From Owenia fusiformis (Eukaryota), in NCBI GenBank assembly GCA_903813345.2, contig CAIIXF020000001.1:5766001-5830000 (forward strand): DNA of 64,000 bases, written 5' to 3'. Positions 12,677-25,900 of this stretch are shown in pieces. Each line of letters starts with the position of its first letter. Position 1 is the stretch's first letter. Position numbers and translations under genes: made by a program. The notes under the pieces were generated by a model. That model had not been told where the DNA came from. It ran no database searches and worked only from the letters and a program-made list of their open reading frames with translations.

Positions 12677-14522
12677 ATTAAAAATTGTTTTCATTGTTCT
12701 TTTTGTGATTGAGACTGGTAAAGTGGAGTAAAATTAAAAACACTTATAAACTTATTTTAATGTTACCTTTACATCCATCTAGTGCCAGCACGGATAACCG
12801 TGAGTGCCAGGACCTGGCCCTTGATCCATATGTGTCAATGGGCGCCAGGACGCGTATTGATGCCAGTTCACTAATTGTCTCTCTTGGGTTTTGCTTTATT
12901 TCTTCTAAAACTTCATAATCCATTATAAACTGACTAATTACATATTAAGCAAATAAATATCACATTTTCTCTTCCTTATCATTTTACTTACATGTTTTAG
13001 ATTTCAATATCATAAAGTTTTGAAAGTTTTCATCGAAATTCATATTGGGATATTTTTGAAGTAATTTCACTTTTCAACCCACTGAATACTTCGCCATCTT
13101 TTGATAGTCCTTGTAAAGAAAAATGTGTTGAAATAATATCAAATGAATACTACAAATGGGTCTACTGTACAAATTGTTCTCAAATTGATAAAAATCGAAT
13201 ACAAGGCATTGACATGACAAAATGTCACCTCCTGCAAATGGTTACAAAAATGTAACAAATGTTACAGATGTTGTTCTTGACTGCCAACAAAAACAGCTTT
13301 ATTAATAATAAATAGAAATCAAGATTGCGAACAATCTTAATCTTATTGATGCACTCTTAGGCATTTTTGACCTTTTGTAGGTCAATGAATGATCAAATCA
13401 AATATCAAAGGTCAGATTACAAAATAAGTTAATGTACTTTGTTGGTTACTAGATTGGTTTCTAGTCTACATAAGTTACATGTTATCATTGCAATTACCAA
13501 ATAAGCTACAATGCTGACCTTTGACCTTGAAAATTTTACTTTTTTATAACTTTGAGGTCTAAGTTAGTTGGTTTTTTTTTCTAATGGGGTGACTTAAGAA
13601 TAAAAAAATAAATTTGAAAAATCAACTTTTTTACCTTTCGAAGGTCACTGAAGGTCAAATCCCAAAGCTTAGTTCAGATATGAACTCATGGCAACTTGTA
13701 GATGACATCTAAAAATTTTGGAACCAAAAATGTCATTGAAGATGAAATCTAAAATCAGATTTGAACTTCTGAGTTCTGATACTAATATCTATCTTTAAGT
13801 AAAAATTCAGGCAAGAAAAAGTTCAAGACCATGTGAGTACTACTTCTTAAAAATCATTGAAAAAGGTACAAAAAGTTACAAGTCCATTAACAATAGCCCT
13901 CAATCTATAAAACATCCATGATCTCCATTATTTATGCCATCCTTAGACTTTAGCACTATTCATCAGTCATCTTATCCTCAATTTGTTTTAATTTACTGAT
14001 GTTTAAGCATTTTATCTGCATGAGCTAGTCCCATTTTAGCACCAAAACCCTGACTTTAAGACTGTCTTCCAGAAATCTTAGGATATGCCAAGTGAATGTT
14101 CCAAATACATATTCAAAAATCACAATACTGATAATATGCAGTTTTAAATCTTCAGAAGACTACCAAGGTTACATACAAAAAAGATATGCTTGGGAGATTT
14201 GAGTAAATTAATGATTGGATACTGAAAACTGTATGTATTGTGAATTATCACTGGGTCTCTTAAGACCAGTTTTGTACTGATAGAGCTACCCAGAATAAAT
14301 ATAGTTTTCAATCAAATATAATGATATACAATACACATAATTCATTATACACGTCATCTGGTCATGTGAGTGTCCAGTTTTTATTTACCCACCCTGTATT
14401 TGTGTAGCAGATATTGGCAAAAATGTGTTAGAACTCATAACATGTTTGTATATGTTCACAGTAAAAATTTGAAGTCAGTTCTTGTTAAGTTATTGGAAAT
14501 TATTAGAATTTGCAAATGGTTA

Positions 14523-17500
14523 TAGTGCAGTCAGAATGTGGGTTTCGGCGTGCGTTCAGAGGGATTTTATGGGACATCATTTTTCATGTTACTACTATGA
14601 TTATACATATTTGTATGGATTATAAGATCTTAGTTTTTCAGCTTTTAGATTTTGTGGCCATTTTACCCCCCATGGGCTAAAATTTGGACCCCTACTATAA
14701 AATTGGGCAAGAACTCAAAAAATACTCAGTGGAATGTTTCTAAATTATTAAGTTATATTGGTATAGGCTAACTGAATATATGAAAAAAATTTCATGTCAC
14801 ATGGTTAAGTGGTTGCCATGGAAATGGATAAAACATGCCCTTCAGGTGTCAATTTTCAGGCCAATTTTTCAGGACTGACAGAGTCATTTCATGCATTTTT
14901 TGTCACCAATGTGTTAGGAAGGGTTAAAATGTAAATAGAAAACTTCTATAGTATATTAGCAACACTTGTATGTAAAGATCAGTCCACAAAACCTCAGATT
15001 TTGGCCTTGTATTGGTCCATGACTTATACAGGGGTCTATTTCATAGACTCGAGCTCCCACATTGGATGGATGCTATAACTTTTGAAATAATGGAGATTCA
15101 GATCTCATTTTTTTATATCATCATAAATGGTTAGTTTTAAGTATTTTTTTTTACTTTGGGAGCTGACATGTGATTGGTTGCCATGGTAACCAGGGTTCTA
15201 GGGAAATTCTGACCCCCATATTGGATGGATGCTATAACTTTTGAAATAAGGGAGATACATGTCTCATTATTTCAGATCTTAGACAATGATTGATTATAAA
15301 TATTGAATTAGACTTTGGGAGCTGAAATTTGATTGGTTACCATGGTAACTAGAGTTTTATTGAAATTTGGACCTCCTCAATTGATAAATGCTTTAACGTT
15401 TGAATTTAAGCAGATACAGATATCATCATTTCAGATCTTAAAAATTAATGAGATTTGTGCATTGAATTAAACTTTGTAGCTTAGCATTTACTTGATTGCC
15501 ATGGTAACCATGTTTCGTCGTCATGGTACCCTTTATTTTTATTTCAGCCTTACCTTCATTTGAGAATGGTCAACATGTTTACCAAAATTATCATTTTGCT
15601 CTTAATTTCAGCAATTTATCCTGTATATCTGACAGTATAGCCTCATTCCATTCTACTAGTTCTCACACATATTCTGACTCCCAAATTGTTTTTACTCATC
15701 ATTATCGTTTTCATCTTCCACAATTGCCTCTTAATTAAATATCAACAATTTCTATTGGAAAGAAGGATTCTTTAGACCATTCTTGTGTTAAGGATTTGTC
15801 AGGGAATTCACAGTTCATTCATGCAGTATTGGGCATAATGATAGATCTGGGTTTAGGCTGGTGGGAATGTGTCCATACATAGGTTTGATAATTTACTTAT
15901 CTTCAAATGTGAAAGAAAATGTCGACATCTTCATAAGTGAGGGCAGCACTGTTCTGTTTTGTTCTGTATCTCATGGGAAACAGCTCATCTCGTAATCTAT
16001 CAGTGGCAGTTATTTTTCTATTTCTGCTGTATTTTTGCAGGTGAACAATTCAACTTTCGATTTTATGGTAGCGGGAATTCCTATATTGTTTCCTATTGAA
16101 GAAAACAACTTTAAGAATTGTTTGCTTTCCGTTTCAGTTGATTTACTTTTCCTTTGTTCAGAAAGGCACTGGAGGAATCTGATCCAGTAAACGCATTGAA
16201 GGCTAATACAGCTTCACACAGGACTTGGTCCTAGGTTTGCAGCTACAGGGGTTGGGTTGAGCTTCTGACATCTAATGGGACAGAGTTCACATCAGTTGAG
16301 GTTCTTAAGGTTGTTTTCTTCATAATAGGAATCAATATAGAAATTCCTGACACAATATAATCCAAAGTTGAATTGTTCACCAGTAAAAGTACAGCAGAAT
16401 TACAAAAATATATTTGTAACTTACATCAATAGATAACGATATGAGCTGTTTCATATAAGATATTCTCCAAAACAGAACAGTGCTACACTCACTTATGGAG
16501 GTGTTGACATTTCAACTCTTCCCATCTTTCAAGATTGGTCCTTTACTGCTTTCATAGCATCTAATATAATGCAATGAATTAAATGATGAACTTTTCCACC
16601 TTGTAATGATTGCTCATTATAAAATTTGAAGAGGACGGATGATAAAACTTATATTTGGAAGTGGAAACATTACCCCCCGTCTCCCAGGAGTTCACTGTAT
16701 ATAAACCTTGAGGGGATCCTCAGCTCAGGTGGTGTACTTTTAACATTTGATATGGCAATGGACCCAAATTTTAGGATCTGGTATGAGAATGCTCTCCAAA
16801 TTATGACTTGAGAGGTATGGCAATGGTCAGATTTGGGAATGGTCGTGAAAAATATGTTGCCCCTCACTTGTTGTACATGTATGGCATTGATCTAGTATAT
16901 CCTTAATGTGAGGTTGTTTTTGGTTGTTTTCCTCAATAATCTGCCTTCTTCTCGAGGCATTAGAAATTTTGAATGGCCATGTTTTCATATCTGGATATTT
17001 GGTATGGCACTGGTCCTATATTTGGGCATTTGGTATGGCTTTTGGGCATTATTTTGGTTGATATCGGAACACATTCAAATTTGACAGATTGGATGGGAAC
17101 ATATTGATATTTGAGGGTTCAGCCTAGGACCCCAGCCAAATCTTATATACAGTGAACCCACAGGGACCAGTCTTAACCCATTCTGCCAAGTCCAATACTG
17201 CATGAATGGACTATATCCCCTGAGGATCCTTATCTCCAGAATGGTCAAAACAATCCTTCATTCCAACAGAAATTGATGTTAAGAGGAAATTGTGCTAAAT
17301 GAAAACAGTAATGATGAGTACAAATGAACAAATTAGGAGTCAGAACTTTTTAAGAACTAGTAGTATGGAATAAGGCAATATTGTCAGACATACATGTATT
17401 GTTTACTAGTATTTGATATTTTATGAGCCAAACAATGTTTGCATCTCTAGTATTATTGAGTCATGAGCATGCAAATCATTTAAAATAGAAAAAATCCCAA

Positions 17501-18764
17501 AATTAAGAATAAAATGGTAACTTTGAGCAATTAGGTATTTTATGTCATGTATTGACCTATCTAGAATAAAGGTGAATCTGAAAACGAAAACAGCAGTTAC
17601 CATGACAATGAAACATGGTAACCATGGCAAACAAATAAATCATAGCTTCCAAAGTCTAATACAATACACACATATTATTATTATCTTATATCTGAAAAGA
17701 TCTATATATCTTATCTGGCTGTATTTAAGAGTTATAGTGTTCATCAATTGTGGAGGTCTGAATTTCAACAAAACCCTGATTTCCATGGTAACCAATCAAA
17801 TTTCAGCTCCCAAAGTCTAAATCAATACTTTAAATCAATCATTGTCAAAAATCTGAAAAAATGAGACATGAATCTCCCTTATTTCAAAAGTTATAACATC
17901 CATCCAATGTGGGGGTCAGGATTTCCTTAAAACCCTGGTTACCATGGCAACCAATCATATACCAGCTCCAAACGTATATTAAAATACTTAAAACCAACCA
18001 TTCATGAAGATCTGAAAAAATGAGACCTGTATCTCCCTTATTTCAAAAGTTATAGCATCCATCCAATGTGGGGGTCAGAATTTCCCTAAAACCCTGGTTA
18101 CCATGGCAACCAATCACATGTCAGCTCCCAAAGTAAAATAAAATACTTAAAACTAACCATTTATGAAGATCTGAAAAAATGAGACCTGTATCTCCATTAT
18201 TTCAAAAGTTATAGCATCCATCCAATGTGGGAACTCGAGTCTATGAAATAGACCCCTGTATAAGTCATGGACCAATACAAGGCCAAAATCTGAGGTTTTG
18301 TGGACTGATCTTTACATACAAGTGTTGCTAATATACTATACAAGTTTTCTATTTACATTTTAACCCTTCCTAACACATTGGTGACAAAATATGCATGAAA
18401 TGACTCTGTCAGTCCTGAAAAATTGGCCTGAAAATTGACACCTGAAGGGCATGTTTTATCCATTTCCATGGCAACCACTGAACCATGTGACATGAATTTT
18501 TTTTCATATATTCAGTTAGCCTATACCAATATAACTTCATAATTTGGAAACATTCCACTGAGTATTTTTTGAGTTCTTGCCCAATTTTATAGTAGGGGTC
18601 CAAATTTTAGCCCATGGGGGGTAAAATGGCCACAAAATCTAAAAGCTGAAAAACTAAGATCTAATAATTCATACAAATATGTATAATCATAGTAGTAACA
18701 TGAAAAATTATGTCCCATAAAATCCCTCTGAACGCACGCCGAAACCCACATTCTGACTGCACTA
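14523..18764. mobile_element. Non-autonomous DNA transposon with long (over 1 kb) TIRs, Academ-like TAG...CTA termini and 3-bp TSD TTA
   Basis: TAGTGCAGTCAGAATGTGGGTTTCGG at 14523 mirrors ...CCCACATTCTGACTGCACTA ending 18764, with TTA on both flanks. Arms contain roughly 160-175-bp subrepeats. No transposase ORF. Superfamily call is inference. Confidence 0.88.
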
Positions 18765-19746
18765 TTACAAAATGTTACAAACCACTTATTTGTTGCTATG
18801 GTAACAGATGTTGGCAGAAATGTGTTGGAACTCAACTCATAACATGTTTATAGATTTTCAAAGTAAAAAATTGTAGTCAGTATAAACAATACTTGTTTAA
18901 GTTACTGGAAATTGTAAGAATTTCACCCAATGCTGAACACTGTTGGAGACTATACTAGAAGTGGTGACATAAAATCATAATTTATATTTTCATTCATTTA
19001 TTTATTTCCAAAAATCAATGTTGGATATATATTTACAATAAGACATGTGGTATATCACTGTACATGTACAGTTTGCATGACCATGTTTGCACCAGTGTAC
19101 AAAGATGACATTATCATACTCATACCTTTATATTCACTAGATTCAATTCATATATCAACAACAAAAAAGAGACGCACATGGCACTTCAATATACTTTATA
19201 CATATATAAAAACAATATTTTATGTATGGTTCAACTAGACTAGATGAATGTATTATTCAACTTTGACAAATAAGATATCACTCCCATTTAAATCTGGAAA
19301 CTATAATATAGAGCACAAGCTCCACACTAAGTATAACGAAATAAGCTAGAGCATGTAATAATGTTGAGTCCTAGTTACTCGCTAATTACTTGCTTATTTT
19401 TGATGTAGTTTATTATTTCAAGTGGTTAACAATTGGAATTCTAACTGGAGTTTTACAGTTTTACAACAGTAGTGATAACAGTAATATAGGAAACAAAGGC
19501 TTAAAAAGCAAGCATAAACATCACTGTACAACCCAAAACCCCTTACAACCCCTGGCTAATTCATAAAGCCCTTATACAAAAAATATATTTTGATGATAAA
19601 CTGTTTTGATGGAATGTAACTATATCAGAATCCAATGTTGTAATTAAACAAACTCTTGAACATACATATATGTGTATCCAGATCAGAATCTCAGTTGGTA
19701 TTTTTCTGTTGAATTTGCAAAAAGAATACACTGTTTATTCCATTAT

Positions 19747-19923
19747 TTACTCCATTATTTCAATTCGATCGTTCTGAAGTCCGAGACTGGTTTCAAGTTT
19801 ATGTAGTCTACTGCTTGTGGTTTTAAGGTGATTGTCTTTGTCTGTTAGAGCATCTTTCAATACTCCTATTTCATAACTTTTCCGTTTCATTTTATCATTC
19901 ATTACTTTCTTCTTAGCTGCTTT
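19747..19923 (-). CDS. FHAD1: FHAD1 exon 19 (last coding exon)
   Basis: KAAKKKV...[10 protein letters not shown]...RIEIME*; minus-strand AATAAA signals near 18997-19006. Confidence 0.85.
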   Translation of the reverse strand, partial: KAAKKKVMNDKMKRKSYEIGVLKDALTDKDNHLKTTSSRLHKLETSLGLQNDRIEIME

Positions 19924-22900
19924 CTGGAAGAAAAGGTAAGGTGCTTAAGAATACATTATAAAATATTCTCTTTAAACAGTGGATACCACTACAAAAATTA
20001 ATTAACGACTCAATATTTTGGCTGAAAATGAAAAATCCAACAATATACATCTATCCACCCAAGAAGAAACTCATTCACAAGTATTTGAGTTATTTTCTGG
20101 CTGGATGAATGGACAGACTGACAGACAGATAGATGGAGGGCTTTACTTTACTTCTGACAAAGGGCAGTTCACTGGGATAATAATTGTTGTATTTGTTATG
20201 TTTTTATCAACTCTAAATTCTTAGCATTAACCTAGACTCAACATTCATGTTGCATGTAATCAATTTTATAGAAGCTGAGACAACACAAGTCCCAAATCTG
20301 AATATTTACTCTCATTTCTTCACTTTTAAGAGAGTTTAAACACCACATTTTGCATACATATTCCCTGGCCAAATCCTGACATAGAATTTTATTGGTTTTA
20401 TAATAGTTACTTTTACAAGTGCTGAATGAGAAAACATTGCTCAATATGGAATTATTACACCAAAAGTAGTGACCTGGATTTTTATTAATTACATCAAAAT
20501 GTTGAATTTGTCACAAAAAATGACAAATTTTGATTATAGATCAATCAGAATTAAATATTTCCCCATCTTTAACCAATAGATTATATTTAAACCAATAAAG
20601 TTCTATGTTAGGATTCTACATTTTAGGACTATGTAATTGCAGTAATGTAAAATTGCTTTTTCTTATATTTCTTATATTTGGCACAACTTCCCTACCTTTC
20701 CGAAAATATCCTCTGGAGGGCAGTGGTGTTTGGCATAACTTTGCTGGTGAACCTTTTCTTGCTCTAAATGGAAGGTTTTACGCTGTTTGATTGCACTGTT
20801 TAGACGTTTTTCTTGCTCTAGACGGTCCCTGGTGCGGTTCAAGGACTCCCTCAGATATTGAGCTTCTTCTGTTCTGCCACGGACATCATTCTAGAATATA
20901 CAGTAGAGCAAGTTCAAGTGTAAGTTATTATAATATCTAGCATTGCTGTACATAAAATCTTTGAACAATCCATGAAAGATTCCTAATGACCTGAGACGAC
21001 ATGGATGTGAAAAATGTATTTCTGACTTCATATGCCACTGCCAGACTCTACCTCTAAACCTCTATATGCCTATTGCCGAAAAAACAATGAACATATTTCT
21101 ACCTCTAGTCCTTCCACCTGGCCATGTTTCTTGGATGCAAGCTCCTCAAGTTGTCTCAATTTTGCCAGATCTCGCTCATAGTTATGTAACAACTCATCCT
21201 TTCTCTGGATCCTCTCTTGAAGCACCTTGATTCTACTAGCGACCAGCTCAGTGGCTCTTTCACGTTCATTGTTGAGTCTCTCACGTTCATCCCTGTGAAG
21301 ATGTGCCATTGTCCTAAGACCAGATATTTCCTCCATTTCAAGACAACTTGCCACTGCACGGAGTAAGGTCAAGTACTGGAAGGAAAAATGTGCTGACTAT
21401 TTGAAACAGTGTAATGTTGGAGAAAAATGAGAGTATTTAACCCTCTGCACAAAGTTCATTCCTATAACACGTATGTTTTGTATAAACAATAAGCCTTATC
21501 ACACTAATAAGGACATATAAGAACCCAAGAAAAAGTTCAAAGATTTGATAACAATTTCTTCAAAAGTTTTTGGTGCATCTTCAAGTGATAAAATCATAAA
21601 AGAGAAGGATGCTTACTGAACTCTCACTGGCCTCTAAACTATCAAGTGTCTCTCTGTGTGCACTTCTCTCAACTTCGGCATCAGCTGAACCTGTAGTGGT
21701 TAGTCCCCTGACCCTATTCACCTCCCTGTCCAGTGTTGAGCTTGCCTCACTCCCCAGTATGGCCTTCTGTTGCTCTGCAAGAGCCTGGGCTGTCCTCATC
21801 TCTGCCAACTCTTTCTTCAACAGTATCACCTGTTGCAAGGCCTGGTCATGGTTGGGAACTGTCAACACAATAAAAGGATTTGATTTTCACTGATTGGGAA
21901 TTTGATGGCTCAAATCCACACATCGTGTCATGTGAAACATGAATTATTCAACCTTTGTTATATTTGTAGCAGAGTTATTCAAATGAATGTATGATAAGAA
22001 GGACTTGATCTATTATGCTCCTAAGACATCAGCATATCAGCAAATCTGTCAACTGGTATTTCATTTATTAGAGATTACATTTTTCATGATATATGGCAGT
22101 CATTTTAAATTGAAAATCCATCAGCCAGTATTTGAATTATTACCTGGACAGATGAATTAACGAATGGATGAACTGCTTCTCTATATCCCTCCCCAACTGT
22201 GTTCAGTGGGATAATAAGGTGTTTGTGATTAAATGCAGTTAACATTCCATGTAAATAAACCAAATATATACTTATCAAAGAAGCATTTCAGATGTAGAGT
22301 TTCAAAACACATACAAGTGAATATAGAGTTTGACAAAACAGAATTGATGAAAGTACAACAACATACTGTATTGTATAAGTCTCATATCAATTGAACCTAC
22401 AGTCTTTCAGTTGGAATATAAGCGCTCTTCTAATTCCAAAGATTTACACTTTGATTGTAACTTATCTATCTACAAGTGCACTTATGCTATTTAGGACTCC
22501 TTTTTTCTATGTTAGATTCCGACCCCAAGTTCTTATTAACTAAGAAGTGTACTGTATGTTGTAACTATAAATTCATTAATGGAATTTAAGCTCCTGGGTC
22601 ATGCCATAAGTGTAATATGGTGTAACTTAAATAAAATGTGCAAATAGCTGTAAGAATATGTAGATATAGTTTTAAGAACATAACTATGTAGAAATATAAG
22701 TATAGACTAAGCATAGATAGCTTGATACTGCTGTTTTCTCGAAAACTAGGTCAGTGGAAAGAGGCTTCAGTAGCCCACACACATACAGTAAAATGATATT
22801 GAATAAACACCATTGAAATGTGTTCATTCCACTCAAGTTTTACTGTACTGTGTTTCAGTAATGTGTGGCAAGAGACTTAACAGTGAAGTGTGTATGACCA

Positions 22901-25900
22901 TATGGAAAATACAATAAAAATGTACCCGTTTGGAAATATGTTGTTAGTTGCAGATCTATAAAAAAGAAAGCGAAAGATAAGTAACACGCAGAGAATATTA
23001 GAGCAAATTGTTACATACCACCATTGCCTGTTACATCAATCAAACAAACAAACAACAATTGAATTAATGGTCTTAATAGGTGCTGTTCCTTAGTTCTAAC
23101 AAGTTACATGTGTTTTATGGAAGTTAATTATGCATTATTGATAGTTAATGAGATTTATCTCTGACATTATCCATTCATTTCATGATCAGATGTCATGATA
23201 TATTTACTTAAGCAACAGTCCTGATTTTTACAAACAGCATATTTATTTGCTGATTTGCAATTTCAGTCAATTAATGTAATACACCATGTATAGATATATT
23301 TTTGAAAACACTGGCTCAGATATACATGATTTAGTCGGCACTAAAATTGGTCTTGTAAGTCATGATGATTGAATGTAAGAATGTGTCACAGATCAAACAG
23401 AAATATCGGGAATATGAACGTTGAAATATGGCATGTTTACTTACCAGCAGGTCTGGTAGTTTCTAGGTTCTTAATTCTAGATCTGAGTTCTGCCAAAGCC
23501 TCACGTTGTCTTGCAATGACTTGGTCATGCCTCTCTCCCCGACACTGGGCACCAAGTGATGTCATTTCTTGTGTTATACGACCCTGGATATAGACACGTG
23601 CACATAAATACTGAGTGGAGAAAAGGATGTATATGAGACAAGACTGACTGAAACTACCACTGATATGTACCTATACCAATTATATTATGCATCTGACTTG
23701 AATGTATATAACTTTGCTATGTACTTTCATTTTAACAGTATTGTTCCATCAAACCTTATTCCTTAAACTTTGATACAATCAATATCTCATTAATAAACAC
23801 AAAGTTTTAAAACATCTTACTTCAATTCTATTCCTTGTGACAACCCCCCCCCCGCCCTTTACACACCTACCATTCAAGGTGAGTAGATGGAATGTTCAGA
23901 GATTTGATGTAAGTCTAAATCGCAAATCATTTATTCATTTCAAGTATTTACCTCTTTTTCTTTGTGATCAAACTGAGTGCTTTTCTCTTCCATCTCTGCT
24001 TTAAGACGAGCTTCAAGGGTCTTAATCTGAGTCTCTTTATCATTCATAGAGTTCTTATACTTTTGGATACCCAATTTCTGGCGATTCATCTCATCAGTCA
24101 TCTCTTTGATTTCTGCAGCTTGTTTGTCAATAATTTGAGAGAGTTTCACCATTTGTTGCCTGACATCATTTAACTCATCGTGTTGTTCTCTCATCTTAAC
24201 TTTGTTCCTTTCAAGTTCTTCCTTCTGAGCTTCACTCAACTCACCTGAATGAATAAATAGATTACAAGATTGTAAAAGACCATGGAAAGGAGACATTACT
24301 TGAAGGTCAAAGAACATGGCATCATTGCAAGATTTGTCAAGGACTCAAACGTATTGCATGTCTTATACACAGAGAGTATTTTGTTGCCGCTTCATCAGAG
24401 GGTAAAGCCTTGATTTAATGAATTATTCAATTAGCATGTTGTATTCTATCACATTCAAGATGAATGTATGCTATGATGATCTTGTAAGATGAATTATGCA
24501 TGAGAGTATTATTTCTTATTCCCTTGTGTGATCACCAAGACGTAGCAAATTCCATTGAACATCTAATGAGTGTCAGCGCAGACAACACTGCTAGAGATTA
24601 TGCTAGAGATCATCTCAAATTGTAACCATATATGTGCCAAAAGTATTTTTCAAAATGACAACTTGTACCAAAAATGTCATAAGGCATTGTGCCATGCTTC
24701 CAACTATTCTCATATCAAATATGAATAACATTCCAATACTTTTCGAGATCCATCAAAAATCTTAAAATAGCCATTTTCCAAGATGGCAACCATGTTTCTT
24801 TAATTTCTTTTTAGATTTTGACCGACATTAATATTCTGTATAATTTTCTACATTTAAAAGACATTAACATTGCAGTTGTTCCAACTGAAATACTGTAAAA
24901 CTTACACTAAAATGACCATTGACCACAAGTTGCCATTTATAAATCAGTATGGACCAATGGTATTTGAGTTATTGACTGGACAGACAGATGTACGGATATG
25001 GGGACAGATGGACAGAGGCGTTCTTTATATCCCAAGAATTTTCTTTGATGGGATGAATATTAAGCTAGTTTCATTGCTTGCATGTTGATCATGTTATGGA
25101 GACGTATAACCATCTATCTTATTTCATGCATACAATCCCTTTTTATGTTACATCAATAGAAGTTTCCTTACCTGTCATGTCTGAGAGTCTGGCACTAGCC
25201 CCACTAAGGTCACGTCTCAGAGATAGAACCATATCTTGCTGCTCTACCAGCTGTTTCTTGAAGTCAGCATTTTCTTTCCTAGGGGTAGGATAATCATTAT
25301 GATAAGGCATTGACTTAGCACTAGCACCAGGTATATATAAAGCACTATTAAACCAGTTTCGATCCCTTTCATGATGTACTTGATTAAATCCAGCTATTTT
25401 ATTAAGATACTCAGCGTATTGTTGTTTACCCTGAATATTGTTCTCAACTCGCACTAATGCAGCTTGTTCTATGTTTTTATGAGACTTCTGTTTTGGAGTT
25501 CTAGGTGTGACCCAGTTTGTATCATCACACCAAACTTCTGCCTTTTCTCTTGCACTTAACTTCATTGTTTACAGGCATTTACAGATTTCTGACACTATTA
25601 ATCCAAGTTTAATTTACTAAGACTCTAGCTCTGGCTTTCTATCTTCATTCATGTTGATGATAAATGCTTATCCATTTTTTGTTTGTAATTCAGTTGTTGT
25701 ATCCATTTGTCATTTATATCTACATGTATGCTGACTATTTGGGAGAAAATCAAGTTAATCTCTATGTATGTACTGTATATCGTCTCAATATTGATTGTGC
25801 CCAACTTACTGTACAGAGCCAATTACTCACAACACAATGGTAACCATGTACGCAGAGTTAAGAATACCTTACACAAACATACAGACTCTCTGAATGAACA

